A stretch of DNA of 64,000 nt. Origin: Auanema rhodensis (taxonomy: Eukaryota; Animalia; Nematoda). The stretch spans positions 8,928,001 through 8,992,000 of the forward strand of contig OZ059894.1 of the NCBI GenBank assembly GCA_964057225.1, given 5' to 3'. A program made the translations under genes and the position numbers. Every line of letters begins with the position of its first letter. Positions within the stretch are counted from its first letter, which is position 1. Positions 49,738 through 63,200 of this stretch are shown here, in pieces. The notes beneath the pieces are model-generated. The model did no database searches. It had not been told where the DNA came from and saw nothing but the letters and a program-made list of their open reading frames with translations.

Positions 49738-52700
49738 TTGAATGTTTTTTTCACTTTTTACATATTCCCTTTATCTCCTTCTTTTTAAAAACAGTTTAGT
49801 ACTATCTCAAACTGGAATAAACTTAATTCTCAATCACATATACATGTATATCTATCCATTTTCAGTGCAATTCCAATCGTAAACACATACTATATCCGGT
49901 GTTATGATTAGGACTAGAACTTGATAAAGAACTAAGAGCGGCAAAAGCCAACAATCAACATGATCATGCTTATCATGCTAATCTTTGGCTTTTTGTAACG
50001 GCATCGCCTCGATATCTGATGTAATTTCTGATAATAGTACATGCGATTCAATGAACTATTCACATTCTCGATATGCCGTCATTCATTAGAGACACGACTC
50101 GTACGACTACTGTCTTTTCCGGTAACCTATTGCGATTGGCATAACCGGTCACGGCATCAGACGGATATCCTGAAATAATCCTGTTTTCTTGCCTCACCAT
50201 ACTGCCATGCTAGCTCTCTTCTTCACCTTTTCATATTCTCTCGTCGTATCTCACAATCATCATCTCTCTTATTCTCCCTCTTTTTGTTTTTTGTTCTCTC
50301 TATCCCCTCACTACCAGTTTTCAATATTTCGCCTTCCCCTCCCAATTTCCTTTTTACTTATGTCGAGGTCACATGAAACAATAAGACAGATAGAGTATTA
50401 CCTCTTCTATCTCTCTCTCTCGGTATTATCGTCAAGCCAATATCCATGACTGACCCTCAGAACTATAGCGGAGGTCGTCAATTCAAAGATTCTGTTGACA
50501 GCTATGACAGTAAAACATAAATAGCACAACAATCATGATCACGTCATTCATGTAAGATGGGTGGAAAAACCATCATCAAAGCCTAAACAGGGTGAAAAGA
50601 ATAGTAAGTACTGATCGGTTTTACTGACATGAAAGCTTACAACAAGATGATGTAACATCTCAAAAGTACGCAATTCTAGAAAATTTGAACGAAATCATTT
50701 GAGGAAAAAATGCTACACGGAGATGAATAATTGCCCAAAAAACTGAATTTTATCTTCAGATTCGTGTTAATCACTTATGTAATAGATGGAACATACAAGG
50801 AATTGCTAGCAAGCACATACACGTCATACAAGCGGGAGAAAGTCTTCCGTTACTGAACATCATTATTCAAGAATATGCAGAAACCGAACATTGTTTCGGA
50901 CGCATTTAGTCCTATTCCTGTAATAGCTGTCAAAGCTTTTTCTAGCTATTGTCTAAAGATAGCTTCTTTGTCTTTTGGCGCCTGAAACCCATTCTGTTTA
51001 TGTGTATGCATGTATGTGTATATGTCATCTTCGTACAGCAAAGGCAATCTGTAAAGCAATGACCATTTGGCTCTGAGAATCGTATCATCATCATGAACAT
51101 GATCCTCCCTCATCTGCTCTCTCTCTTTCTCTCCTTCAACTGCTCTCTCCTCTCTCTCTCGTATAATTGAAATGGAACGGATTTCTTTCGTTTTTCATCA
51201 ATTCCTCAACTTCAAGAAGCTGACATCAATCTATTGGTGTGACTCAGATTTACGTATCTTGCCAATTCAATTTCACTTGATTCACTGAGCACCGCATATA
51301 AGCTATTCAATCTCTCTAATTCAAAATCTTTTACAACTCTTACTCATATCCTCGCCACCTCCCCTACCTCCTTCATATCTCTGAAGAAATCGTTTAGTCT
51401 TATGGTTTTTTGGAATTGATGGCCATCTTATCACCTCTAACCTCTTCTCCACCACTTAGTTTCGCTGCTTACACAGAAAACCAGTTGATAATTCTATATA
51501 AGACAACTGGATGGACTGGTTGCAAAATTCGAGAATAACTTGGCGTGACCCTCGTGATCTCCAAAGAAGAAGAAAGAGAATAAGAAAGAGCAGAAGAACG
51601 AATAACAACAGACAATCTGATAATTTTGGCGACTGTTCGTTCAGGTTGTCACTGGGTTTAGACAACAATGTTCAGACATTTTTGAAATTGTTCTAAGTAA
51701 ATCACAGAAATCAAGGCTAACATGACGAGAAAAAAAATGTATTGAAACATTAGAAATCAATCAGAATATGCTATAAGCTTTATAAGTTGTTAACATAACA
51801 AATAAACAGAATATGATTCAGAATATAATATCAAACATGCTTATGAGGCTGTTAGCAGCTTTCGAAACTTTTCCTACAACTCACTTTCATCTCTTTTCTT
51901 CGTCTAAGAAATCAAGCATTAACAAACAGGTATTTCAAACAAAACTTGGAAAACGATACTATTTGAAGTTAAAAACTTTCTTTTTGATGCCGTTACCATC
52001 ATTTCGATAAAAGCCTATATGATGCTGCTTGCTGTTGCTACTGCTTTCGATATATGTATAGCATATATTGCTTGGGACGATGAGAAACTCGTAATAATGA
52101 ATGATGCTGACAATAACTTCTTAAAACAACTTTCGAGATCTATAAGGGGTTGATAGGCTATTGGCAATGAATTAATTTCTTTTTTTTTCCTGTTTAAAGT
52201 AACTGTAATATGATAAAACTAAAAGCTATAAGAATATAATGAATTAGATAGAGAATAGCTTGAAATCATGGTTTGATCATTAGTAAACTAATGAATTTGC
52301 TCAACAAGTATGCATTTTTGTAAAGTAGAATAATAAAAATTCATGATCTTGATAATAATAAATGAAAAACAAATACGAGAGAATAGGAAAAAACTTGAAA
52401 AAAAAGTTTTTTCTTATTCAAAATTAGCACAGGTTATCTCAATTCTCACAATAATATGCAGTTCATCATTGTAATCTTAGGCAATAGGTGGGGGCTCTCC
52501 CTTACATGGGAGGAAGGGGAGCGGGTGGTTTTCAGAAAATATACATCATATAGAAAAGAAAATATACATATAGTTAGTTATAGATTTATGAGATAATAAG
52601 CTTGATCATATAACAGTTGAATAGAAAGTCTGATGGTAACGAGGTCCTGAATAATTAGCCTGACTAGCTTAAAGGAAAGGCTGACTTGTCTTAGACGCAA

Positions 52701-54124
52701 TGCAGATCTACAGTCTTCAGTTGGGAGAGAGATTCCCTTCTTCTCCACCTCGCTATTAGCTATCCCTATATGTCGCATAGTCGTTCCAACAAAGTCTGGA
52801 GACGTTATGAGAAAACGAATATGAATGAGAGGCTGGAAGAGAGAAAAACAGATATAAAGAGAATCTATGAGTAAGATGATGGAATAGAAGAGTAAAAGAA
52901 ATATAGATAAATAGATAGAAAGAGATAGAAAGAAGAAGAGAGAAGGAGGACGAAGATAGAAGCTAGGACCTGCTAATCTGGATTGAGGATACGAAGTAGA
53001 CTGGGTACTACTGGATGAGAAAACTGGTCGCCAAATAGAAGTTGCGCAGCTACTACTACTACTGTTGGTCATTTATTTATTTATTTTTGTTGTTATCTTG
53101 GCAAGCTTAGGTTCACGTATCAAATTTAAAAAAAATGAAATTTCATATTCTCTGGCAAGAAAGTCCCAAGAAATGAAAAGAAATCAGGAAAATGATTAAG
53201 TATGAGAACAGTAGGCGACAAAGAGCATCAACTTATGCTGTTAAGATAATGGTTATCATGACAAGAAATTACAATGAAATGATTTTTGTGGCTTTTATTA
53301 AACATACAGAACATCAACTTTCTGTTATATGTGGGCAAGTGAAAGCATAATGTAAGCATGGCTATATGGGATTGTATACAGACAGGAAACACACGAATCC
53401 AGTTGAAACGCTCGAGAGAAAGTCTATTTGAACCTGATGTTGAGTCTTCATGCATTTTGGAAAAATATTCAAAAGATTAATTATCTTTCACATAAATCAC
53501 AATTCCATCAACAATAATTTTTCTAATTAATTAATTTTAATGAAAATTACTGATTTTTCTATCTATATCTATACCTAGCATATGAAAATTTATTATTAAT
53601 CATTTTCATTCAAAGTAATTTTTATAATAAAAATCTGAAAATCGACAACTGGTTTTAATGATTATATTCATTTAAATTACAGAAAAAACAAAATAAATCC
53701 TTAAAAACAAGATTGTATTTGGCTTAATATGATTGTGGTGGCATGGAATGAAATGCTTCCCACTTCACCACAACCAGATAATAACGGGAGAAGCGTACCT
53801 GCGAGGAAGAAGTTGTATCCAGTTTCAATGTGTTTCATATACATTCAGAAAACTAGCTAATCATATGTATTCATTTCATAATTTTCTAAAATTTCCATAA
53901 TTTAGTTGGTAAACAATGGTTTGAGCTTTATCAGTAAAATATGAGGCAACTCATACTGTGTGATAACAGTAACAGAAAAACAAATCAGACGAAAAATGTG
54001 ATGAAAGCTCATCAAACGTGTTCAAAATTAATTTTTCCCGAAAATAGAAATTCTATCCCTCTCTCTCCCTTTCTCTCTCTAAGCTTTTCGATGAAAAGAA
54101 GCTCCCTACTCTACATATTCAATT

Positions 54125-54170
54125 GCTAATGTCTTATCATTACTTGCTCAAGAAATAACTGATAACGCAT
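54125..54170 (+). promoter_or_regulatory. GATA (TGATAA) site pair just upstream of the cathepsin Z start
   Basis: CTTATCA (~54133) and ACTGATAA (~54158) lie within 50 bp of the ATG; such sites are typical of ELT-2-type intestinal promoters in nematodes. Confidence 0.45.
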
Positions 54171-54178
54171 TTGAAGCC

Positions 54179-57085
54179 ATGGTTCGATTAGCGTTTGGCT
54201 TGCTTTTTCTGGCTGTAATAGCACAGGTAACAAGTTGTTTTTTTTGAAAACATGGTTAATCAGTTTGATAATTGTTTTATAAAAAAAAATTCATTGCATT
54301 CAAATTTACTTCTTTATTTCTTATGTTCTTATTCCCTTGTTTAGGCTCAATGGCTGAAAATGCCCAGCGCCATCCTGAAAGCTTCTCAAAAATTGGTCAA
54401 ATTTGATACTCTCGCTGATTTATCCACATCAGACAAAGAAGCTCCAAATGTTGATCCTATTGATATTTTTATTGAGGAGGTAAAGTGTATATAAATAATT
54501 ATAAATTTAATATTTTTATAACTTTTAAAGGTAAAACGTTATGACGAGATGGCACGTGATGAAGAAGGTGATGATGAGACGTCCGATTCTGATAGTTCAT
54601 CTGATGAATCAATCTATGACAGTGACGAAAAGGTTTTATCACACAATGTTCTATTTTTCAATTAGTTAACATTCGTTTTCAGCACATTGAAATTCCATCT
54701 CGTGAATTCGATGAGAACTTCATTCAACTTGAAAAGCCTGAAAATCTTGTGAAAATTGAGCCTGGAAATATTGCCAAAGATTCAGTATGTTCATTCAAAT
54801 TGAAATTTTTAAAACCAAATGTTTGTGTTTACAGTACTACAGCGATGAATACGAAGACTTTGATCCCAATTTCAACAAATTGCCAAATCCAGATGAAATA
54901 AAGATTGTTCCTCTTCGTATGGTAATCCTTAATATGAATTCATATTACAAGAGATTATTACTTAGATTAATAGACGAGAAGAAATTGCTCGTAGAGGACA
55001 GAAAATCATTGATGCTCAACGTGAATCAGTTGATGAAGTTGTTGTTTCCAATGAGGATGATGAGTACGAACAAGTAGAGGAAGTACGGCAATAATCTTTT
55101 TGTTTCCTAACTCTCTCCCCTCTCTCTCTTCACTCTCTCTCTTTGTATCACATCTGATTTGATTTTTCATATTTTTTTAAAGAAAAAAAAAAGTGAAAAG
55201 TAGACTTTTTTTGAAACGACAACCACAACTACATAGTTCTATATTTTATTTGAAATTTTCTTCAGAACTTGTTATCTTTTAATTTACGTTATCAGGTTGT
55301 CTATGATGATAAGATGCTCAAGATCACACCGGTACGAAGAAATATTCTTCAAAACGATTACGATGAATATATTGTTAGTTAAATAAGATTTTTCTTTTTG
55401 AATCGAATAGAGAAAATGAAGAAAAGGATAACTTGATTTGAATATCTGTTATAGAGTGAGGAATATGAAGATGAAGTCTTGACTGGAAGTCGTCCAGATA
55501 GAACATGTTTGAAGAAGAGTGGAAAGCTATTCGAAAGCAGGTTCATACTTTTCTTTCTCAGTTTTCTTCTCGAAAAATGCGAGAATCAGTATGCTTTCTC
55601 AATATAATCATTATTTGATATTGTAGATCAACTCTCCGTGATTGGGAAAAGGCTGATTTCAACGTAAACGATATTCCAAAAGAATTTGATTGGCGTAATG
55701 TTAGTGGAGTAAACTACTGTAGTCCAACTAGAAACCAGCACATTCCCGTATATTGCGGATCATGCTGGGTATTCGGAACAACAGGTAATGAGGCTTTTCG
55801 TATATATCTTGATAATCTTATCTCTCATGTGTACAGGAGCATTGAATGATCGCTTCAACATTGCTCGCAAAAATCGTTGGCCGATGACTATGGTTTCTCC
55901 TCAGGTATGAATAGAATGTTCTGTTTATTTTTTTGTGAAAAAAAAGAAGAAATGTGTTGCATTTCATGTCTAAGATTATGATGAGCTTTCATGAATATTT
56001 TCATTCATTTTTTGAATAAAATATGATTTTATTCATCATCAGGAAATCATCGATTGCAATGGAAAAGGAAATTGTCAAGGAGGAGAAGTTGGAGATGTAT
56101 TAAGCTATGCGAAAACACATGGTTTAGTTGAGGAAGGATGTAATGTTTATAGAGCAACAAACGGAGGTAATTATATATTTTTTTATTTTTTTGAAATTTT
56201 CTTTTTTGAAAAGTCAAAAATCTGTGTTTGAAATATTCATTTCGAGAGTACATTAGTTCATATTTCTTTGTTTAAATATAAACTGAACAAAGAAAGATGA
56301 ATATAAAATGAAAAAGTAAAATGAATTAAAGAAAAAGAGTAAAAAACCGGGGAACATGAGAATGAAACACAATGTGAATTCAAGTTTCTTCTAATTTAAA
56401 CTTAAATTTGATTCATATTTTAAGAATGCAATCCATTCCATCGTTGTGGATCATGCTGGCCAGATAACTGTTTTGCTGTTCAAAACTATACCAGATACTA
56501 TGTTAAAGAATATGGAGCAGTAAGTTCAATATTCTTATAACATTTCAAAAATATGATGTACAGTTGAAAGGAAGAGAAGCTATGATGGCTGAAATTCAAA
56601 AGGGAGGACCAATCCCATGCTCTATTGGAGCAACTAAACCATTTGAGTATAACTATACATCTGGAGTATATTATGAGCAAAGTAATTTAGAGGTTTGTTT
56701 TCATCTTTTCCCTTTTGGTCTTTGAAGGATTATTTTTTATTTTTTCGTCTCTCTCTCTCTTTCAGGCCAATCACATCGTCTCTGTAACTGGATGGGGAGT
56801 TGACGAGAAAGGAGTTGAATATTGGATTGTTAGAAACAGTTGGGGAGAAGGATGGGTATGTCGTCTTAGCTAGCCACCATCATCATCATAACCTCTTGCA
56901 TATTCTGCATTTCCTTCTTTTTTCCTAATTGTGTTGAAAAAATCTTTTTTTCTCATCTTCAGGGAGAGCTTGGTTGGTTCCGTGTCGTCACATCTAAATA
57001 TTTAAATGGAACTGGTGATCAGTACAACATGGGAATAGAACGTGACTGTTATTTTGCTGATGTTGATGCAACAAATCTTCCATAA
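54179..57085 (+). CDS. cpz-2: Cathepsin Z-like papain-family cysteine protease with a long acidic prodomain, multi-exon
   Basis: Signal peptide [17 protein letters not shown]; [28 protein letters not shown] (HIP insertion diagnostic of cathepsin Z plus catalytic Cys), [10 protein letters not shown] (His), YWIVRNSWG (Asn), YNMGIERDC; stop at 57085. Confidence 0.93.
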
Positions 57086-57763
57086 ATCTCTTCAAAACAT
57101 TTATGAAATTCTCAATATTGTTCTCTTATTATCTTGTTAATATCATTTCAATTTATTTACCAAAATTTCTGTTATTATACTGAAAGAAATATGTATTTTA
57201 TATAGAATATACATAAATAATTAGATTGGTACTGATTGAGATTGAATGGAAATATTTTCTTTTATTTAAAAAAAAAAAGAAAAATATTAATAAAAACATA
57301 TAAACATATATTTATTTATATCTTTCTTATTATATTATTTTAAAAACAAAATAGAAAAAAATGGAATAATCAATATAAAAAATCTAATTATTCACTACGA
57401 CCTTCATCTAATAGTTAAACATTATTTTATTTTTTCTTTTTCTTTTTTCAAAGAAAATATCTTTCACATAGTATATACTACTTCTAACTTGTCTACGTAG
57501 TATATAGATAGATAGCTGTTGGAATCTCATTAAATGGCCTGCGGAGAAAATTAGTTTGCCTTTTGCTTTCAGAAGCTATGACACAAACCTATCTCATGTG
57601 AGTGTGTGTGTGTGTGTGTGTCTTAAGCTATTCACAAGACACATGTACGTGTATGTATATGTATATTCATATATATTTTGTATTTTTTTATATTTAAATT
57701 CATAAATTTTATAAAAAAATAACAAAAAATTCTTATTATAGAAGTATAGAAGAATGAGAATCA

Positions 57764-57902
57764 TCTCTCTCTCTCTTTCTCTCTCTCTCTTTCTCTCTCT
57801 CTCTCTTTTTCTTCTTCTCTCTTTCTTCTTCTCTCTCTCTTTCTCTCTCTTTCTTTCTTCTTCTCTCTCTTTCTCTCTTTCTTCTTCTCTCTCTCTTTCT
57901 CT
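57764..57902. repeat. Degenerate CT/CTT polypyrimidine repeat tract
   Basis: About 140 nt made only of C and T on the plus strand. Confidence 0.88.
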
Positions 57903-59283
57903 TAATATAAATACTTACATATATACGTATCTTAGCGTATGTTTCTTTTGACTTTTTAAAGTTGTTTTTATTTAAAACTTTGTCGCAAACTTTAATGATG
58001 ATTTGATAGGAAAATTGAAAAAACACGATACATTTAATCTTTTTACTTTACAAATGTTTTCTTTTTTCTTTGTTTTTCCTCAAGTTTACTCGTTTTTTTT
58101 AGTTAAGAAAATCATCAATATACATAATATATGATTTTATATTCATTTGAATTCGTTAATAATATGAATAATTCTTACAATTTATTTAAATTTTTAATAA
58201 TTATATCAATATAGTTATAATATTATCAATATTAATAATATAGTTTAGTAAATAAAATGAAATAACTTGAAATATCTTCAAAGTAGTCAAAGAAGAAGAA
58301 TATGATTTTCAGCTTATTTTCATGAATGATTTATGAATTTCATAGGATTGTTCCGACAATTCCCGGGTCTACTGAACAGTGGCGAACGTTCAATTTTAGT
58401 TGCAAATCCGAAATAATTACTCAATGAAAATGAAGAAATTAGAAAACAGAATGATCTGCTCTGCTTGACTATCCTTTGAACCTTATAAGCTTACTGATTA
58501 TCATGTCATGTGTTTGAACTCTGCAGTATTTCCATGGAAACTGATACGTGTGAACTCAGTTAATTATTTTTTTTATTCTTAGATCAGAAGAAATATAAGA
58601 AACGGTTGTTATATGTACATGTATATGCATAGATGTCTGGTTTGTAGTCAGTATTGAGAATCAAAAAATCAACGAAATGGAAAAAAAAATTACGAGAGAC
58701 AAGAGAAAGAAGATGAATAATGGTGATGTTCAGAGAGAAATAGAAAAAGAGATAACTGGAAGAAAAAGCAAGGAAGAAGGGAAAGGAGAGATGATGGCAT
58801 TCAAACAAAATTTGACGGAGAAAGACAGAGAGTTAGAAAGATTAAGTACGAGAGAAAAATTGAGAGGGTTGAGGGAATAGAGGAAAATTTGAAAGAACAA
58901 AAAGAGAAAATGACAGGGAGAGAAAGAGGAATAACAACGACACAAATTCGATAAACCGTTGCCACAATGATATTGAGCATGATTTTCATCCAATGCCTCC
59001 AAATGTCGTTCCTTCCTTTTACAGCTGTAAGATATGTATATTGAGAGATGAAAGCATAGCCGACTTCCGTCTTGTAAATGTCGTATGTCTACCGAAAGCT
59101 TATTGAAAACTCTACCAAAAACGTTTGGAACCCCAATTAGTCATATTAGAGAGCAAAGTAAGTTCTATAGACATTGCTGACGTTTTGGGGTTTTCCTTCC
59201 TCATTTCTAGTTAGCATTCTTCTTTCAAGATTAGTGAAGGTATGAGAGAATGCAACAGAGAAGTATGAAGGTAAAAGAGAGAC

Positions 59284-59286
<3 letters not shown>

Positions 59287-59343
<57 letters not shown>

Positions 59344-59361
59344 AGAGAGACTGAGAGAGAG
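59287..59361. repeat. (GA)n microsatellite
   Basis: Long AG run. Confidence 0.92.
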
Positions 59362-60227
59362 TAGAAAAGGTTAAGATGATAGAGATAGAATGATATTGCT
59401 TTTCTTGGAAGAATTGCTTATTGTACATATGTCTCATTTCTATTTAAAGGAAATGAATTTTCTGTTTCTTTCACTTGTTTCCAGTTTTTGCTCACTTCTC
59501 TTCCTTATTTAACTGACAACTCGAATGTGTCTTTATCCCGGTCTCTCTCTCTCTCTCTCTCTTTCTCACTTCATGTCTCTCTCTTAGATGAAACTTGTCA
59601 ACTATTAAGCATCTCTTGCATAATATAACTTACTTGTTGCTCAATTCTTAAACTATATCTTCATTTATTTATTTTTTTTGCTCAAAAGATTAACTGTATT
59701 TTCAATATTTTTTTCTATGTATTTGCACACTTTTTATTATTAAAAACTCTCAGTTTGACAGATCATTTCACTTTTTTTTTTCAATTGCTATCCATCCAAA
59801 ACACATCTATTCATCCAACTTTATTTTCTTTTTTTTACAAAAAAAAATACATGAAAACACCTCAAAGTATATGTATGTATATCAGACATATCAGCTACAA
59901 TGTATCCTATCCAAATTCTAATATTGTCATGTTGATGTTTCAGAGCTTGCTTGTAAGTATTTGGTTTATTTCAGATAAGCATCATCTTCTGTTTGAACAA
60001 GCAAGTACTATTAAGAGTCTAAGATTCCAATATTGCTTGATCCATTTTCATGTGTCTGATGTTCTTCAATAAGAACAGATTGTCATCGCAAAATTTGACA
60101 TTTTTCAAGAATCTCTCTGTCTTCAATATTTCCATTTCATTCTTTTACTCCATCATACTTCTCCTCAATTCGTCACCAAAATCTGCAAATTTCTGTTGTA
60201 TATGCCAGTAGGCAAAGCAATGAACTA

Positions 60228-60287
60228 ATAGTAGCAGTGGTAGTAGTAGTACTAGTACTAGTAGTAGTAGTAGTAGTAGTAGTAGTA
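60228..60287. repeat. (TAG)n trinucleotide repeat
   Basis: Interrupted GTA/TAG run; it produces the poly-Val spurious ORF. Confidence 0.85.
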
Positions 60288-63200
60288 ATTGAAGAAAATA
60301 GAATAAAATTCATTAAATTACATTTTCAAAAGTTTTTTTTTTGCATATTTTTCAACAGAATGGATTTTCCTGTGTTCTATGAAACATATACATACTATGT
60401 GTTTGACATGTCATCTGACTTTGTTCATAATTAAATTTAAATTAACAATATAATTAATATAATTATAATAAATTTAAATTACATATATCTTTCTACATTC
60501 GTTTTTTTTTGTTGGTTGAATATTGTACTCAAAACTTACCCACATCCAATAATTGTTGTGAGCATGAGAATATGAAATAAGACCTTCAAACGCTTTTAGT
60601 TTCACTCGTTTTCCCTGCCTCTTTCTTCTCTCTCATTTTTGGCTGCTCATAGAACAATATATCACAAATTGCTAATTCTTATAGAGATTTTGACATGATA
60701 AATGTGCTCAAAACAGTGCAGTTGCTTTGAAATTATTGAAAATTTACATTTGTTCTCTTCTTTCTTTCTAAGAATATACATATATGTATGTACATATAGT
60801 AGAAATGTCGATTATTAGAACAAAGCTGCCAGTAGTTTTCTGATATTTCAATTGATATTTCAATTTAACTAACTCAAATCAATGATTGTATATGAATATA
60901 GTTATAATAATAATTTTATTCATATCGAAACAATTGAATTGGTTTCAAATATGTAATATATGCCAGTGTTAATGTTCATAATTCTATAAGCTTGACATCG
61001 AAACTTATCAGCAAAATTGCATATAAACCATGTAAAACTATGCAACAACATAATAGATAATCAACAACAAAAAATAATAATTTCAAATATTTGGAGGACT
61101 TTTTATCCATTTGCACCAAGAACGTTTCAATAGCTTTTCTCAATGAATTTTGATATTATACATATCTTCTCAGATCTCTCATGACGGTCTGAATGATTTG
61201 AAACACAAAACATACATCAAATGTGATTTACATTCATAACTACAACTCTTTACGTTTCATTTTCTTTTTTTTTTCAAGTAGATGGTAATACATTCAACAA
61301 AGTTTTGCTTTTATCGATCTTGATCCTAAAGCTCAATCAACTAGAGAAACTTCTAGTTGTAATGCACGTGCTGAAATCGGATACTACTTAAAGGTTTTTC
61401 CGATATTTTTATTTTTTCCAATGCACCTGAATACATACACGAAATACATTTTATTCTCAGAAAAAAATATGTATATGTTTATACATATAATATATAATAT
61501 ATATTATTATTATTATTAATATACTTCCTGTTTTTTTTATTCAAAAATTTGTGTCTTTTCTCACAAACTTTCGTATTTCTTAGTAGTTTCTTCGCAAAAT
61601 GAAACACAGCGTCTCGGTTCAGATTGGGTTCATCTTATGAACGCGTTCACTTTTTTTTTTGAGAAACGATGTTTCCATCTCGACGTTTCAGAGATATTTG
61701 TACAGATATTTTACCAACTTCATCTCAGACTATTCATCAGCCCTCGTCAGCTTTCTTCTAACGTCTCCGTCTTCAACTGCTGTTCTTCTTCCTTCTTTCT
61801 TTAAAGCTATAGAGATCTCAGTTACCTCCCAAGGGATCATTCCCTTCATCCTCTCAATTTCTTTCTTTCTCCATCACTCTCTTTATTCAATAACCATAAA
61901 TGAAACAGAGCATTGATAGAGTATCTTGTCTTCTCTATAAGCACATGTTCTATTTTCATGTAGCACCAGCACTTTTCAATCTGATATTCAGCAATCCGTT
62001 TAATTCAATTTTCTCTGAACATCTTGTTTCAATCGAATCTGTTTTTATTCATTTACAATCGTATTTAATTTTATTTCTATTATCTAAAATCAGTTATCAA
62101 TCATTTCTTTATTACCATATCACAATAGATAATTTGGAAATAAAAACAACAACAACAACAACAAATATTCATAAGAGCTATACCAATGAAGAATTTATTC
62201 CAATTTCATTTTTTACTGAAAATTATTTACAAAACAGAAGCTGTTTTGAGTTTATACATAACCGACTGAAATGATTGATTTTCAACAAAAAAAAATTCTA
62301 ATATTTCATTCGCAGATCCTTTTTATATCCTTTTCCGACGAGGAGGTCACTCGTTTCGCTTCAACTATTCCGTGGTTATTCCCTTAGGCCCTAAAGGCTT
62401 CAGAATACTCTTGGAAATCGGAAAGAAATGCAAGTCCATTTGGATACTTTTGAATCACTGCACACAATGCTAGAAAGCCAATATAATCATTTTCATGCCT
62501 TTCTAGAAAGGATTACATGTTCCATTGCTAATATCACAAATGCTTCTCATATATATACTTTTAAAACCTTTTTTTTTCGTCTAAGACAAATGAAATTGAA
62601 CATAGTATATGTATGTATACATGCAGTCGTGATTGATTAGGCGATTTTACGGCATTTTTCGTTTCGATTTTACTAGCTTGTTCATAGATTTTTCATAATT
62701 AAATCCACTTTTTACAGCTTTATTCACATTTTTCTCTATAATATTGCATCTATGTTAACGGTTATTTAGCTATTATTCTACTATTTTTCAAATTATTATT
62801 ATCAGAAATTACTTATAACTTGAATCATCGGTATGTTATTTCCCTCAAAACTATTACATTGCTTGTATGTCTTCATTTTTATTTCTAAATATTATGCTTT
62901 ATGTCTTTATAATTAATAAAAATAATTTATATTAATTTATAAAAAAAAAACTTTAAAAATCTAAATTAGTTGATGAGTTCACATCTTTTCTTCGATCTCT
63001 AACATTTCAAGAGCTTTGTATACTTATGCAGGTCAAGATTACTTCTTCATCTGCCAATAGATCTCTCTTTCTATCATTTATTCTCATAAACTTCAACTTT
63101 CCACACATCATATCGTTGTTTCTAGTTTAATCAAAGCTTAAACAGTTGACTCAGATAACATTTTGCTCACACGATTAATGAAAAAATTCAATTTTCAAGA

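Noticed and set aside
38400-54130. Dozens of 60-160 aa ORFs in the track (SLSLSL, ERERER, Phe/Leu-rich)
   Set aside because: They are translations of GA/CT microsatellites and low-complexity tracts, with no homology or coherent splice chain.
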